From: a virus
Taxonomy: Duplodnaviria > Caudoviricetes
Reading direction: 5' to 3' (one strand)
Length of the DNA stretch: 28,424 nucleotides
Virus record (IMG/VR): IMGVR_UViG_3300042348_000330
Span: 1 to 28,424 of that record
The position numbers and the translations under genes were made by a program. The notes under the pieces were generated by a model. The model saw nothing but the letters and a program-made list of their open reading frames with translations, was not told the DNA's origin and ran no database searches. This document shows, piece after piece, positions 16,175-24,481 of this stretch (position 1 is its first letter; each line of letters opens with the position of its first letter).

Positions 16175-16507
16175 ATGAATCAGCCTGAGTTTCTAGAAGC
16201 AGTCTTTAATCATTACGGATTGACCTTGCCACTTGGTGGGGAGAAATCAATCCTGTGTCCTGTACATGATGACTCACGTAAGTCTGCTTCGGTGAACTCA
16301 GACAAGGGCGTCTGGGTATGTTATGCATGTAACGCAAGTGGTTCTGGTATACAGATAATCATGGCACGTGAAAAGCTAACATACCCAGAGGCTCGTTCAT
16401 GGGCGGAGAAGAACATTGGCAAGGAAGCTAAGTCATCTACTCCTACACGTGGACGTAAGAAGGGCAGCGGTAGGTGGACACCACCTAGATTGAGAGCTGC
16501 ACTATGA
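16175..16507 (+). CDS. DNA primase zinc-binding (CHC2) domain as a separate ORF, 110 aa
   Basis: CPVHDDSRKSASVN...WVCYAC...G. Confidence 0.88.
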   Translation: MNQPEFLEAVFNHYGLTLPLGGEKSILCPVHDDSRKSASVNSDKGVWVCYACNASGSGIQIIMAREKLTYPEARSWAEKNIGKEAKSSTPTRGRKKGSGRWTPPRLRAAL

Positions 16508-17034
16508 CAACCATTATTGGTATTCAGCAAGACAACGGCTGCATTCTCGCAGCCGACTCACGTACCACAGCAGGTGGTAGACCATTCTCGCATCCGATAG
16601 TTACTAAGATAACTAAACGTGGCAAGTGGCTGGTCGCAGGTGCAGGTGATGTGCAACCATGTGATGTAATCCAACACGTGTGGAAACCACCAGCAATCCC
16701 AGCCAATACCAAAGACGAGTATCATTTTATGATTACAACCGTAGTACCTAGCATGAGAGAGTGCATCAAGGAGTCTGGGTATAGCCCAAGCAAAGATGAC
16801 GAGGATGCTGGGTTTGAATTTTTATTAGCAATCAATGGAACCATCTACCAAGTAGATGATAACTATTCTGTATACCTACGTGACGATGGTCTGTATGGCG
16901 TAGGGTCTGGTTCATCATGGGCTCTTGGTGCGCTAGCGGGTGGGGCAACATGGAAGCAAGCAATGCAGATTGCTGCTCGTAATGATGTGTATACTGCACC
17001 TCCGTTTATTACACACAGACAGGAGAAGAAGTGA
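16504..17034 (+). CDS. Ntn-hydrolase, HslV/proteasome beta-subunit-like protease, 176 aa
   Basis: MTTIIGI (N-terminal Thr), AADSRTT, KI, AG.G, GSGS..ALG, D..T. Confidence 0.82.
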   Translation: MTTIIGIQQDNGCILAADSRTTAGGRPFSHPIVTKITKRGKWLVAGAGDVQPCDVIQHVWKPPAIPANTKDEYHFMITTVVPSMRECIKESGYSPSKDDEDAGFEFLLAINGTIYQVDDNYSVYLRDDGLYGVGSGSSWALGALAGGATWKQAMQIAARNDVYTAPPFITHRQEKK

Positions 17035-17678
17035 GAACCAATCCGAAACTCATTGAACTCTGGACAAAGGCAGCACATACATATCACGATTCATTAGCTG
17101 GCTCACCAGCTGAGGCATACCTTGAGAAGCGTGGCATCCTAGATGGCGCCCAACAATTTCTGTTGGGCTATGTAGTAGAGCCTGCTGCTGGTCACGAGGA
17201 CAGACTCAAGCACCACCTATCTATTCCGTACATCACCGAGGCTGGTGTTGTTGGGTTTAAGTTCCGTCGCATTGATGATGGTGACCCTAAGTACATGATA
17301 CCTACTGGTCAGAAGCATCACCTGTATAACGTAGGCGCAATACTTCATGCAGTAAGGGAGGTGTTAATTGTTGAAGGAGAGATTGATGCTATTTCTGCAA
17401 CTCTTGCTGGTCATCCTGCTGTCGCTGTCGCTGGCGTTAACGCTTGGAAGCCTTATTTCTCACGTTGTTTCGATGGTATAGGCAGAGTAGTAATTGCTAC
17501 AGATAACGATGTTAAAGAGGATGGCTCTAACCCAGGGCAGGACTTAGCTCGTAGATTGCAGGATGCAATCCCGCAGTCTATGCGCGTGTCGCTACCGCCT
17601 GACTCTGATATTAATAGTATAATTGTAGACCAAGGAGCTCAAGCATTAACCGCATTGATTAATGCGTTAGACAATTAG
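17031..17678 (+). CDS. DNA primase catalytic/TOPRIM domain, 215 aa
   Basis: YL..RGI, IPY, FKFR, PKY, IVEGEID, DND...G, D.N. Confidence 0.88.
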   Translation: MRTNPKLIELWTKAAHTYHDSLAGSPAEAYLEKRGILDGAQQFLLGYVVEPAAGHEDRLKHHLSIPYITEAGVVGFKFRRIDDGDPKYMIPTGQKHHLYNVGAILHAVREVLIVEGEIDAISATLAGHPAVAVAGVNAWKPYFSRCFDGIGRVVIATDNDVKEDGSNPGQDLARRLQDAIPQSMRVSLPPDSDINSIIVDQGAQALTALINALDN

Positions 17679-17689
17679 AAGGGGCTCCG

Positions 17690-18007
17690 TTGGCAACCAG
17701 TAAACTAACCATCGATAATTTCCAAGAAGACGCACAGGAAATATACGACCAGCTTCTGTCTATCTTAGTGATGAAGCAAATCGATTACGGTCCACTCAAT
17801 ATCTGGAATGCACCTGGTGGTGCAACCAATGGGTTGATGGTTCGTATGTCAGATAAGTTAGAACGATTAAAGAATTTAATCTACAACTCTATTGAACCAA
17901 ACAACGAGGCGCTTGAAGATAGCTTCATTGACATAGCCAACTACGCAATCATTGCGTTGATGGTAGAGCGAGGCATCTGGGAGAAGTATGCCACGCAACA
18001 GAAATAA
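17690..18007 (+). CDS. DUF1599 / nucleotide-modification-associated (MazG-like all-alpha) protein, 105 aa
   Basis: K..DYG, G..VRMSDK..RL.NL, E.LEDS..D.ANY.II. Confidence 0.75.
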   Translation: MATSKLTIDNFQEDAQEIYDQLLSILVMKQIDYGPLNIWNAPGGATNGLMVRMSDKLERLKNLIYNSIEPNNEALEDSFIDIANYAIIALMVERGIWEKYATQQK

Positions 18008-18275
18008 AACTTACGAAGAGCAACGTGTGTCTCGCATTCGGTCTTACGGTATTAGTGTTGAAGACTACGAACGCATGTTCGCCGAACAGAATGGAGCTTG
18101 CTACATTTGTGGCGAAGCTCCCACCACGAGAGCGCTCGACATTGACCATTGTCATAAGAGTGGCAAGGTACGAGGACTGCTTTGCAGTAACCATAATCGC
18201 GCCCTTGGTTTGTTAGGCGATGACCCTGACCTGTTGCTTAAGTCAATTGAATACTTGGTGAAGTCGCATGACTGA
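17988..18275 (+). CDS. Endonuclease VII-like (His-Me finger) protein, 95 aa
   Basis: YGIS..DY..M...Q.G.C.IC, DIDHCH..GKVRGLLC..HN..LG. Confidence 0.88.
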   Translation: MPRNRNKTYEEQRVSRIRSYGISVEDYERMFAEQNGACYICGEAPTTRALDIDHCHKSGKVRGLLCSNHNRALGLLGDDPDLLLKSIEYLVKSHD

Positions 18276-18909
18276 GCTGACACGTGACCATCCTATCTGG
18301 GAGCAGGTCAATGATATTACATCTGTGCTTTCGTATAACCTATCGAAGAAGTACCATCGGTTTGCTGAACAGGCAGACATCAAGCAGGCTATGAATGAGT
18401 ACGCTTGGAAACGTAAGGACAAGGTAGCAGAGTACCTTATCCGAGAAGAAGAGAATGAAAAGCGTATGGGTTACAAAGCTTTCTCTACCTTCATGCGTAG
18501 GGCAGGCGAGCGATATGCTCGCAAGGAGAAGGCACGTTCGCTTGGCTATGAGTTAGGTGATGAATACTTCTATCGCATTGAGATGATTGAGAACTTAATT
18601 AAAGTTCTTGGTTCAGAAGATACACACTTGGTTGGTCAAGTGTTAGACCCAGATGTTCATGGCATCAAAGCTAAGAAGCAAGCAAGCGAAGGTAACAATC
18701 TGCTAGCTATGCTAGCCGATGTTGACCGCGCAATGAAGAAGCTTGACCCACGTACGCAAGGGATACTCAACGCTAGGTTTGCACAAGACCAACCACTAAC
18801 AGAGATTGCTACCAACTGGGAGATATCTCCGCAGCGAGTAGAACAGATAGCAACACGAGGTGTTAGAGATTTATCCGAGATGCTAGGTGGAGGTACACCA
18901 TATGCCTAA
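18268..18909 (+). CDS. Sigma-70-like (ECF-type) factor with region 4 HTH, 213 aa
   Basis: N-terminal E..DI.Q....W region-2-like segment; C-terminal L..R...IL..RF......EIA....IS..RV.Q. Confidence 0.7.
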   Translation: MTELTRDHPIWEQVNDITSVLSYNLSKKYHRFAEQADIKQAMNEYAWKRKDKVAEYLIREEENEKRMGYKAFSTFMRRAGERYARKEKARSLGYELGDEYFYRIEMIENLIKVLGSEDTHLVGQVLDPDVHGIKAKKQASEGNNLLAMLADVDRAMKKLDPRTQGILNARFAQDQPLTEIATNWEISPQRVEQIATRGVRDLSEMLGGGTPYA

Positions 18910-19078
18910 CTATGATTTCGTATGTCCGATGTGTGACAAGAGCATTGAGTTGTATGTTGAGTACGATGCAGCAGAGTTTCCTAAATGCGAAGACTGCAAC
19001 ATCACCTTGACTAAGTTGTTCACGCCACCTGCAATTCATTTCAAAGGCGGAGGATGGGGAGGTAACCACGTTGGGTAA
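18902..19078 (+). CDS. FmdB-family zinc-ribbon protein, 58 aa
   Basis: MPNYDFVCPMC...CEDC...I.FKGGGW; GGAGG RBS. Confidence 0.85.
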   Translation: MPNYDFVCPMCDKSIELYVEYDAAEFPKCEDCNITLTKLFTPPAIHFKGGGWGGNHVG

Positions 19079-19850
19079 GTCAGGCAATCCTGCTAAGCAG
19101 GTTAAACCGAAAGCTTTTAATAACCAAATCATGTTGACTTGGTGCGACAATGGAACTGTCGACGGTAAGTTTATGGAGGGCGTGGTCTACACAATCCTGA
19201 CCGCAGGTTTGCCCATCTCATCAGCTCAACGTGTGCAAGGCAATCAGATAGGCAGGCAGCGTGAGACAGCGTTCGATACCTGGCACAAGAAGACAGACTT
19301 TGACTGGATACTATGGGTAGATAGCGACATCGTTCTTACGAACGAGGCGCTTCAATTGGTATGGGATGCAGCTCATCCTGTTGACCGACCTGTTATTAGT
19401 GGCACGTACTACATTAGTAAGCAGATGGAAAGCTCTATCATGCAGCCATACGCTGCACTATTTAATGCACATGATGATGACAAGTACACGATGTCATACA
19501 TCCATCCTCTGCCACCCAACCAGTTACTTAAGATTGATTACGCTGGCTTCGGCTTCTTACTTATGCATCGCAATGCAGCAGATAAGATACGAGAATTCCA
19601 TGGCGATAAGCCATTGTTCTTGGAGACAGATGCAGGTGGTGCCGATGGCAAGGATAGATTTATCGGTGAAGATATCCAGTTCTTCATGAACATGAAGGAA
19701 GCTGGCGTCCCATTGTATGGTCATACTGGTGCTGGGGTTAAGCATATGAAACGGTTTGCATATGATGAAGAGTTCTACAAACTCTATTGGATAACGATGA
19801 TGAATAGTATGAAGGCACAGGCGCGTGAAGAAGAAAAGGCGGGGGAATAA
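19071..19850 (+). CDS. GT-A fold glycosyltransferase (GT2-like), 259 aa
   Basis: I.R.R, WVDSD (DxD), GFGFLL, GED..F, H.K. Confidence 0.8.
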   Translation: MGKSGNPAKQVKPKAFNNQIMLTWCDNGTVDGKFMEGVVYTILTAGLPISSAQRVQGNQIGRQRETAFDTWHKKTDFDWILWVDSDIVLTNEALQLVWDAAHPVDRPVISGTYYISKQMESSIMQPYAALFNAHDDDKYTMSYIHPLPPNQLLKIDYAGFGFLLMHRNAADKIREFHGDKPLFLETDAGGADGKDRFIGEDIQFFMNMKEAGVPLYGHTGAGVKHMKRFAYDEEFYKLYWITMMNSMKAQAREEEKAGE

Positions 19851-19862
19851 TCCCCCGCCTTT
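19835..19862. terminator. Probably bidirectional terminator at the convergence of the + and - operons
   Basis: AAAGGCGGGGGA-ATAA-TCCCCCGCCTTT, 12-bp perfect stem; the glycosyltransferase stop lies in the loop. Confidence 0.8.
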
Positions 19863-19866
19863 CGCC

Positions 19867-20010
19867 TTACCACCGACTTAAATCTGAGAAGAATTCCCTC
19901 TTAGATTGTTCGGCGTCATAGCACAGCCGATACATATCGGCTCTGCCTTTCTTATTACCCAACCGATAGGCAATGAAACCTACTGCTGATGCGATGATGA
20001 TGGTAATCAT
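19867..20010 (-). CDS. Small membrane-anchored protein, 47 aa (not in the ORF track)
   Basis: Read by hand: MITIIIASAVGFIAYRLGNKKGRADMYRLCYDAEQSKREFFSDLSRW*; ATGA overlap with the upstream gene. Confidence 0.6.
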   Translation of the reverse strand: MITIIIASAVGFIAYRLGNKKGRADMYRLCYDAEQSKREFFSDLSRW

Positions 20011-20339
20011 TTCTTTAATTCTCCAATTCGTTCTAGTAATTTATCTGGCTGTTCAAGGTGGACGATGAGGGCTCTGCCCCCATCCCCTTCTATATCTACG
20101 GCAACCAAGTGCTTAACAAACTTCTCTGCCTGTAGTTGTGTGTTGAACTCACCCCACGCCTGGACTGGAGCCCATCTTGCTAGCTGTGCTATGAGTATGT
20201 ATGAGTCACGCTTACCTCGTGCTATATCTAGCGCTTCGATAATCTCTACGGCTAACTCGCTAGCACTTTCGGAGGCGCTACCTTCTGGGTCTAATAAGTT
20301 AGCAACTAACTTAATCTCAGTCGGACGTGGTCGTGCCAT
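20007..20339 (-). CDS. Hypothetical protein, 110 aa
   Basis: Start moved to MARPRPTE (TAATG overlap, AAGGA upstream). Confidence 0.7.
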   Translation of the reverse strand: MARPRPTEIKLVANLLDPEGSASESASELAVEIIEALDIARGKRDSYILIAQLARWAPVQAWGEFNTQLQAEKFVKHLVAVDIEGDGGRALIVHLEQPDKLLERIGELKK

Positions 20340-20470
20340 TAGTATTCCTTCATGCACTGCACGTATCTCTGGTGGTAAGCCAGAGCTTCGAGCGCTTCAC
20401 GTGTAGTTCGTCGTTCGATTTCTGCATTGCAGTAATCGCATATGATTGTCACGCTTTCTAGATGTATCAT
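20339..20470 (-). CDS. Small putative Zn-finger protein, 43 aa (not in the ORF track)
   Basis: Read by hand: MIHLESVTIICDYCNAEIERRTTREALEALAYHQRYVQCMKEY*; CxxC...H...C; overlaps both neighbours. Confidence 0.6.
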   Translation of the reverse strand: MIHLESVTIICDYCNAEIERRTTREALEALAYHQRYVQCMKEY

Positions 20471-20694
20471 GCTTCTTTCCTCACTTCCCATTCTCGTGTA
20501 TAGATTTCGCAGACATCTCCGTCCACTTCTTTGTAATGCATATGAGCACCAGCCATGAAGAGAACCTCGTCCTCATCATCGCCGATACCGTAGGTATCAT
20601 GGTACCCACAGTACCATGACCACCCAGCGATAGGCTTTATTACTAGTGATGGCTCACGCACCACTAACGTGGTGCTGTCCTTGAGTTTACCCAT
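20467..20694 (-). CDS. Hypothetical protein, 75 aa (C-x-x-H...H...C)
   Basis: ORF track; tiled with its neighbours. Confidence 0.65.
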   Translation of the reverse strand: MGKLKDSTTLVVREPSLVIKPIAGWSWYCGYHDTYGIGDDEDEVLFMAGAHMHYKEVDGDVCEIYTREWEVRKEA

Positions 20695-20917
20695 TGGTAT
20701 TCTCGTGTCGTGAATAGAGGATGACGTCAGTCATTGTCACTTCTAATTCATCGTGACGTGGTTGTTCAACCAACTCTGGTTGATTATTTTTTTCAGCATA
20801 GATTGCTAGGTAATCTAAAGCTTTGAGAAGGTACTGCCCATCCTCCGCTGATAGCGGAGGCTGAGCAACCTCTTGGTCGAACTCATCTACGTACTTCTGT
20901 AGCGGGTTCTCTGTCAT
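20687..20917 (-). CDS. Hypothetical acidic protein, 76 aa
   Basis: GAAAGGAG RBS; tiled with its neighbours. Confidence 0.7.
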   Translation of the reverse strand: MTENPLQKYVDEFDQEVAQPPLSAEDGQYLLKALDYLAIYAEKNNQPELVEQPRHDELEVTMTDVILYSRHENTNG

Positions 20918-20919
20918 AG

Positions 20920-21894
20920 TTAAACTCCTTTCGTGATTAGTTCAAGAGCCTTGCTCTTGGTGCGGTCGAATGAACCAGACACCACACGCTCTGCTCGTAC
21001 TGCTCCTGACTTGTGGCTGAACCAATCGATGTACTCAACGATTGCTTGGAATGCACCGAAGGCTGTGCCTTTGAGGTTATCTTGTGTACCAGTTGCACCT
21101 TGGTAGATATTCATAGCAGCACCACGTGCATCCAGTGCTTTGTTGTACTGACGCTTCTCTCCTTGAGAGAGACGGAAGTATGGGATTGATTCGACATGAC
21201 TAGGCAGTGACCACATCTTCTTAAAGATGTTGGCTACGTCATCATCGTTGACAGTTGTATTCAACAACTTGTCAGCCACAGATTCGTATGTCTCAATCCC
21301 TGTGTAGATAATGTCCAACATCTGGCGAAGGTCATTGACCTTTAGCTGAGCGTTGGTTGTGTGGTGCAAAGAATACTTTGTATCCTTGCGGAAGATGCCA
21401 GAGATTTGATTAGTGCAGAACAATCGGTTAACGATTGGTGTGATACCCAATGAGCATGACCCATCATGGGAGGTTCGTGCTAGTAGGTATGCAGAGTGAG
21501 GGTCACCAGCAATCTTCACTTCTTTAGGAAGTGCCAACGTCATCCAGACTTGAGCACCACCACGTAACGCACCTGCTGCTGCATACCTGGCTTCGCCAGA
21601 ATCTACCAGTGCATCCAGCGCTGAGAACATCTCATCATTCTGGAATACTTTGTATCGGCTACCAACTGTACCTAGTACAGCCTGACTACCATCCTTATCA
21701 GTACGGACAGTGGCTAATGTATTCGGTACAGGCAGACGGCTAACGCCGTCGTTGCTTAATGCTAAAGCTTCGACATCAGCAAGTGATACTTGCCAGTCAA
21801 GTCCTGCTTGTACTGCTGCATCATGTGCAGATGTTGCTGTTACTTCGTAGCCTGCAATGCTCATTGCTTGGCGTCGTTCTGTTCTTGTTGTCAT
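20920..21894 (-). CDS. DUF932/DUF945-family phage/plasmid protein, 324 aa
   Basis: AGLDW.V, VRTD, LG.VG..Y...QN...F, G.L.GG..VW, SHDGS, R..C.NQ, HT, GT...A..A..EY.D. Confidence 0.85.
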   Translation of the reverse strand: MTTRTERRQAMSIAGYEVTATSAHDAAVQAGLDWQVSLADVEALALSNDGVSRLPVPNTLATVRTDKDGSQAVLGTVGSRYKVFQNDEMFSALDALVDSGEARYAAAGALRGGAQVWMTLALPKEVKIAGDPHSAYLLARTSHDGSCSLGITPIVNRLFCTNQISGIFRKDTKYSLHHTTNAQLKVNDLRQMLDIIYTGIETYESVADKLLNTTVNDDDVANIFKKMWSLPSHVESIPYFRLSQGEKRQYNKALDARGAAMNIYQGATGTQDNLKGTAFGAFQAIVEYIDWFSHKSGAVRAERVVSGSFDRTKSKALELITKGV

Positions 21895-21936
21895 TTGTAT
21901 TTCCTTTCAGGTTGGGTTGGATGGGAAGTTATATTC

Positions 21937-22200
21937 TCACATACGGCTGGCAAAGTCAACGACTGCATCTTTAAGTTGGTCGTGATAATGCCCTGTGTTG
22001 CAGACGATTTCGCCTGTATCTGGGTGGAGGTATGCCCTCCATGTTACGTATGGGTCAGCGTTCCTTAGCATCGGCTCGCTACCTTGTAGGTCTTTCAGCC
22101 ATAGGCAGAGGATGATTTTCTCACCATCTACCCATGAGTTCTTAGCGTCGACGATGACTGCCCCATTGGGGCAGCTAGCGCCACGTCTGATTGTTGCCAT
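21937..22200 (-). CDS. Hypothetical protein, 87 aa
   Basis: Start moved to MATIRRG after AGGAGG; PYVTW...GHY motif. Confidence 0.65.
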   Translation of the reverse strand: MATIRRGASCPNGAVIVDAKNSWVDGEKIILCLWLKDLQGSEPMLRNADPYVTWRAYLHPDTGEIVCNTGHYHDQLKDAVVDFASRM

Positions 22201-22202
22201 CG

Positions 22203-22838
22203 TTATGCCTCCTGTATGTATTCGATACGAGTATCGTCGATAGACCATGTGTCTACCTCTGTGTTCTGGTTGTCGATATCCCACTCGATGTCAGCGCTGA
22301 TACCGATTTCTTCTGCGATTGAACGAGCATCATCTTCGGACGCTGCCGTTACCTTGAATGATGCATAGACTGTGTATCGAACCTGTACTTCGTACTCCTT
22401 GGTGAACACAAGTTGGCTACCGAATACCTCGTTGAGTATCTCTGATACCTCACCGAAGGTGATGTTGCTTGTCTCTTCACACTTGCCATCTTGGATGGCG
22501 TCGTTGAACATCGTGTATAAATCACGTACCTGATTGCGATGGTTGTTGATGGTGGTGCGTAGACCCTCGTTGATAGTGCGAGCACCCTCAAGGTCGACTC
22601 GTAGTTTGTCAGCCTCGCTGAGTGATGCAATACCTACTGCTTCTTGCACTGCTTGTTCGGTTGTTGTCATGGTGGTGCCTCCTTCGGTTGGTTGGTTGGA
22701 TATGTACTGCATTGCTCTGCCACATGGGCAGTTCATACTTACTGTTCCGCTTGGAAATCCAAAGCCATCTCTAGCATGGAATTCAATTGCGGAATCACAT
22801 TCTTGTTGGTCACATACGAACCAGTATTTTTGGGACAT
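22203..22838 (-). CDS. Coiled-coil/acidic hypothetical protein with two in-frame starts (22838 and 22670)
   Basis: Both ATGs carry the CCAACC..CCGAA(A)GG extended RBS; the upstream 56 codons contain C....C...CPC. Confidence 0.7.
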   Translation of the reverse strand: MSQKYWFVCDQQECDSAIEFHARDGFGFPSGTVSMNCPCGRAMQYISNQPTEGGTTMTTTEQAVQEAVGIASLSEADKLRVDLEGARTINEGLRTTINNHRNQVRDLYTMFNDAIQDGKCEETSNITFGEVSEILNEVFGSQLVFTKEYEVQVRYTVYASFKVTAASEDDARSIAEEIGISADIEWDIDNQNTEVDTWSIDDTRIEYIQEA

Positions 22839-22871
22839 TGGTTTTCCTTTCGGTCGGTTGGTTATATATAT

Positions 22872-22893
22872 GCATAGCTTTGCTATGCTATCT
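22872..22893 (-). repeat. Hairpin repeat element, copy 1
   Basis: Minus strand AGATA-GCATAGC-AAA-GCTATGC followed by ATATATA. Confidence 0.9.
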
Positions 22894-22903
22894 TTGACGC
22901 CTG

Positions 22904-23089
22904 TTATCCACAGCATGCGCCATCGTTGGTATCAGCACAGCATTCAGCACAGAATGGTTCGTTGTCCTTCATGCTATTGCGACACCCATATTCATCCATC
23001 GTGTTGGTGCATGGATGTCCTTCGTATCCGAAGCACATAACTGTTGCCAGTTCTTCGGCAGTCATATCGTAGATATGTTTACTCATCAT
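22904..23089 (-). CDS. Cys-rich mini-protein (8 Cys in 61 aa)
   Basis: ORF track; GAGGA RBS; ends CAECC...GACCG. Confidence 0.65.
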   Translation of the reverse strand: MMSKHIYDMTAEELATVMCFGYEGHPCTNTMDEYGCRNSMKDNEPFCAECCADTNDGACCG

Positions 23090-23423
23090 CCTCTTCCTCT
23101 ATGTCATGTGGGTCTAGTGCCAGTTTGCTATCTATTAGATAGGCTCGTACCGCATGGTCGATACCTTCATATCCATCTTCATCGATGGATACTGGTTGCC
23201 AATGGTCGCGGATAATCCACGCCATCAGTACCTCTCGTGTGAATACAGTCTGGATGTCATACTCTTCTTGCTCTGCAAGCATGGCACCTAGTGAATGCCA
23301 GATTGCTAGGTCAGTCATTGCTGAACGCCATGTCTCTAGAGACAAGCGATAGGTTGTTAATGATTCCGCTGCTTTACTAAGTAAAGCTACGCTATCTTCT
23401 GTTGTGTTCATGTTGTCCCTCAT
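23079..23423 (-). CDS. Hypothetical acidic protein, 114 aa
   Basis: ATGA overlap with the GP88-like gene. Confidence 0.7.
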   Translation of the reverse strand: MRDNMNTTEDSVALLSKAAESLTTYRLSLETWRSAMTDLAIWHSLGAMLAEQEEYDIQTVFTREVLMAWIIRDHWQPVSIDEDGYEGIDHAVRAYLIDSKLALDPHDIEEEDDE

Positions 23424-24145
23424 TTCTTTGCTATCGCAAATCGGATATCGGATTTACCGTCGACACATAGACGGCATGTTGCACAAGCACTACCTTCGGT
23501 AGTGATTAGTGGAATGGAACCCAGATTCTCTGGACATTTCGCACCCACCTTGCCAGTCATGCTGAGCATCGTGTCCTTTGCATCAGCAAAGGTGTCAGAT
23601 AGATAGGCAACCTTTACCTTGACACCTTCGGTGCGAAGATAAACAGCGCTGGATTTATTCTCATCATCTGTACTAAAGTACAGCGACAAGTTGTCAAGTC
23701 CATCCAGAATTCTTGCAGCGGATGGCACTCGTGTATATACCCAGAACTTGATGTCTGGGTTGAGCAGTATCACTGCTCGCCATGCTTTGGCATAGGTATC
23801 GGAGAAGAAATCCCCATCCCAATGGATGCGAAACATAGGCTCTGCATCTTTTGCTTTGCAATCCAATCGGAACGCAGCAATCATGTCATCCAATAGATTG
23901 GATGCTGTCTCTAGGTCTGCATCTTTGATGAGATTCCAGTTGTGTAAGAGAGTATCTCTTACTGAGGGGAAGATGCGTTCTAGTTTTCCAGCGTAGCAAA
24001 TCTTCTCGCATATGCTGGTGGCACCAGGACATGAGTACTCCTTGCCACTTGGCAAGCCGAACGTGTTAGCAATTGCTGAGCGCTTACCGTTTGGTGTCGG
24101 TAAGTTGGTGACCTTACGGTCATTGGAACGCTTTAGTCCTGCCAT
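23420..24145 (-). CDS. GP88-like (mycobacteriophage gene 88 family) radical-SAM-related protein, 241 aa
   Basis: F.LP...SCPGAT..C...CYA, FRIHWDGDFF, FWVYTR, S.D, and C-terminal CP...CxxCxxC. Confidence 0.8.
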   Translation of the reverse strand: MAGLKRSNDRKVTNLPTPNGKRSAIANTFGLPSGKEYSCPGATSICEKICYAGKLERIFPSVRDTLLHNWNLIKDADLETASNLLDDMIAAFRLDCKAKDAEPMFRIHWDGDFFSDTYAKAWRAVILLNPDIKFWVYTRVPSAARILDGLDNLSLYFSTDDENKSSAVYLRTEGVKVKVAYLSDTFADAKDTMLSMTGKVGAKCPENLGSIPLITTEGSACATCRLCVDGKSDIRFAIAKK

Positions 24146-24188
24146 GTTCTTGCTCCTTTCGGTTGGTTGGTTTTGCCCTTCTATATAT

Positions 24189-24210
24189 GCACAGCTTTGC
24201 TGTGCTATCT
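24189..24210 (-). repeat. Hairpin repeat element, copy 2
   Basis: Minus strand AGATA-GCACAGC-AAA-GCTGTGC followed by ATATATA. Confidence 0.9.
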
Positions 24211-24481
24211 ATTCGTGGTTATCTGTACACCATGGTTCGAGATGATGCCCCTCGACAATGGCGTAAGCGGGGGCTGTAGGGTAGCCACGCCATGCGACAC
24301 CGTCTGGTAGTTGGATACTCCGATGAGTATCCCCATCTGATACCGCATAGATTGCTTCGATACATGGTTCCACCATGGTAAGTGGAACAGGTGGATAGTG
24401 ATTGCCTTGCAATTGGATTGCAATAGACTGCCGAATGTCAATGACATTCTCTGCCAAGTCGTAAGCCATCGTGCTTCCCAT
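24209..24481 (-). CDS. Hypothetical protein, 90 aa
   Basis: GGAGG RBS with TAATG overlap; NHYPPVP...I.LPDGV.WRG...HHL..W. Confidence 0.75.
   Translation of the reverse strand: MGSTMAYDLAENVIDIRQSIAIQLQGNHYPPVPLTMVEPCIEAIYAVSDGDTHRSIQLPDGVAWRGYPTAPAYAIVEGHHLEPWCTDNHE

Noticed and set aside
15742-16188. 148-aa ORF overlapping the transglycosylase
   Set aside because: No recognisable motifs; the other frame encodes a clear SLT domain with a GAGG RBS.
19918-19946. ATAGCACAGC-CGATACATATCG-GCTCTGC, resembling the hairpin element on the plus strand
   Set aside because: Opposite orientation, different loop, one mismatch, inside a coding ORF and lacking the downstream AT tract and RBS; treated as probable coincidence.
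20842-20860. 8-bp perfect hairpin CCTCCGCT-GAT-AGCGGAGG
   Set aside because: Single copy inside a CDS, with no U-tract.
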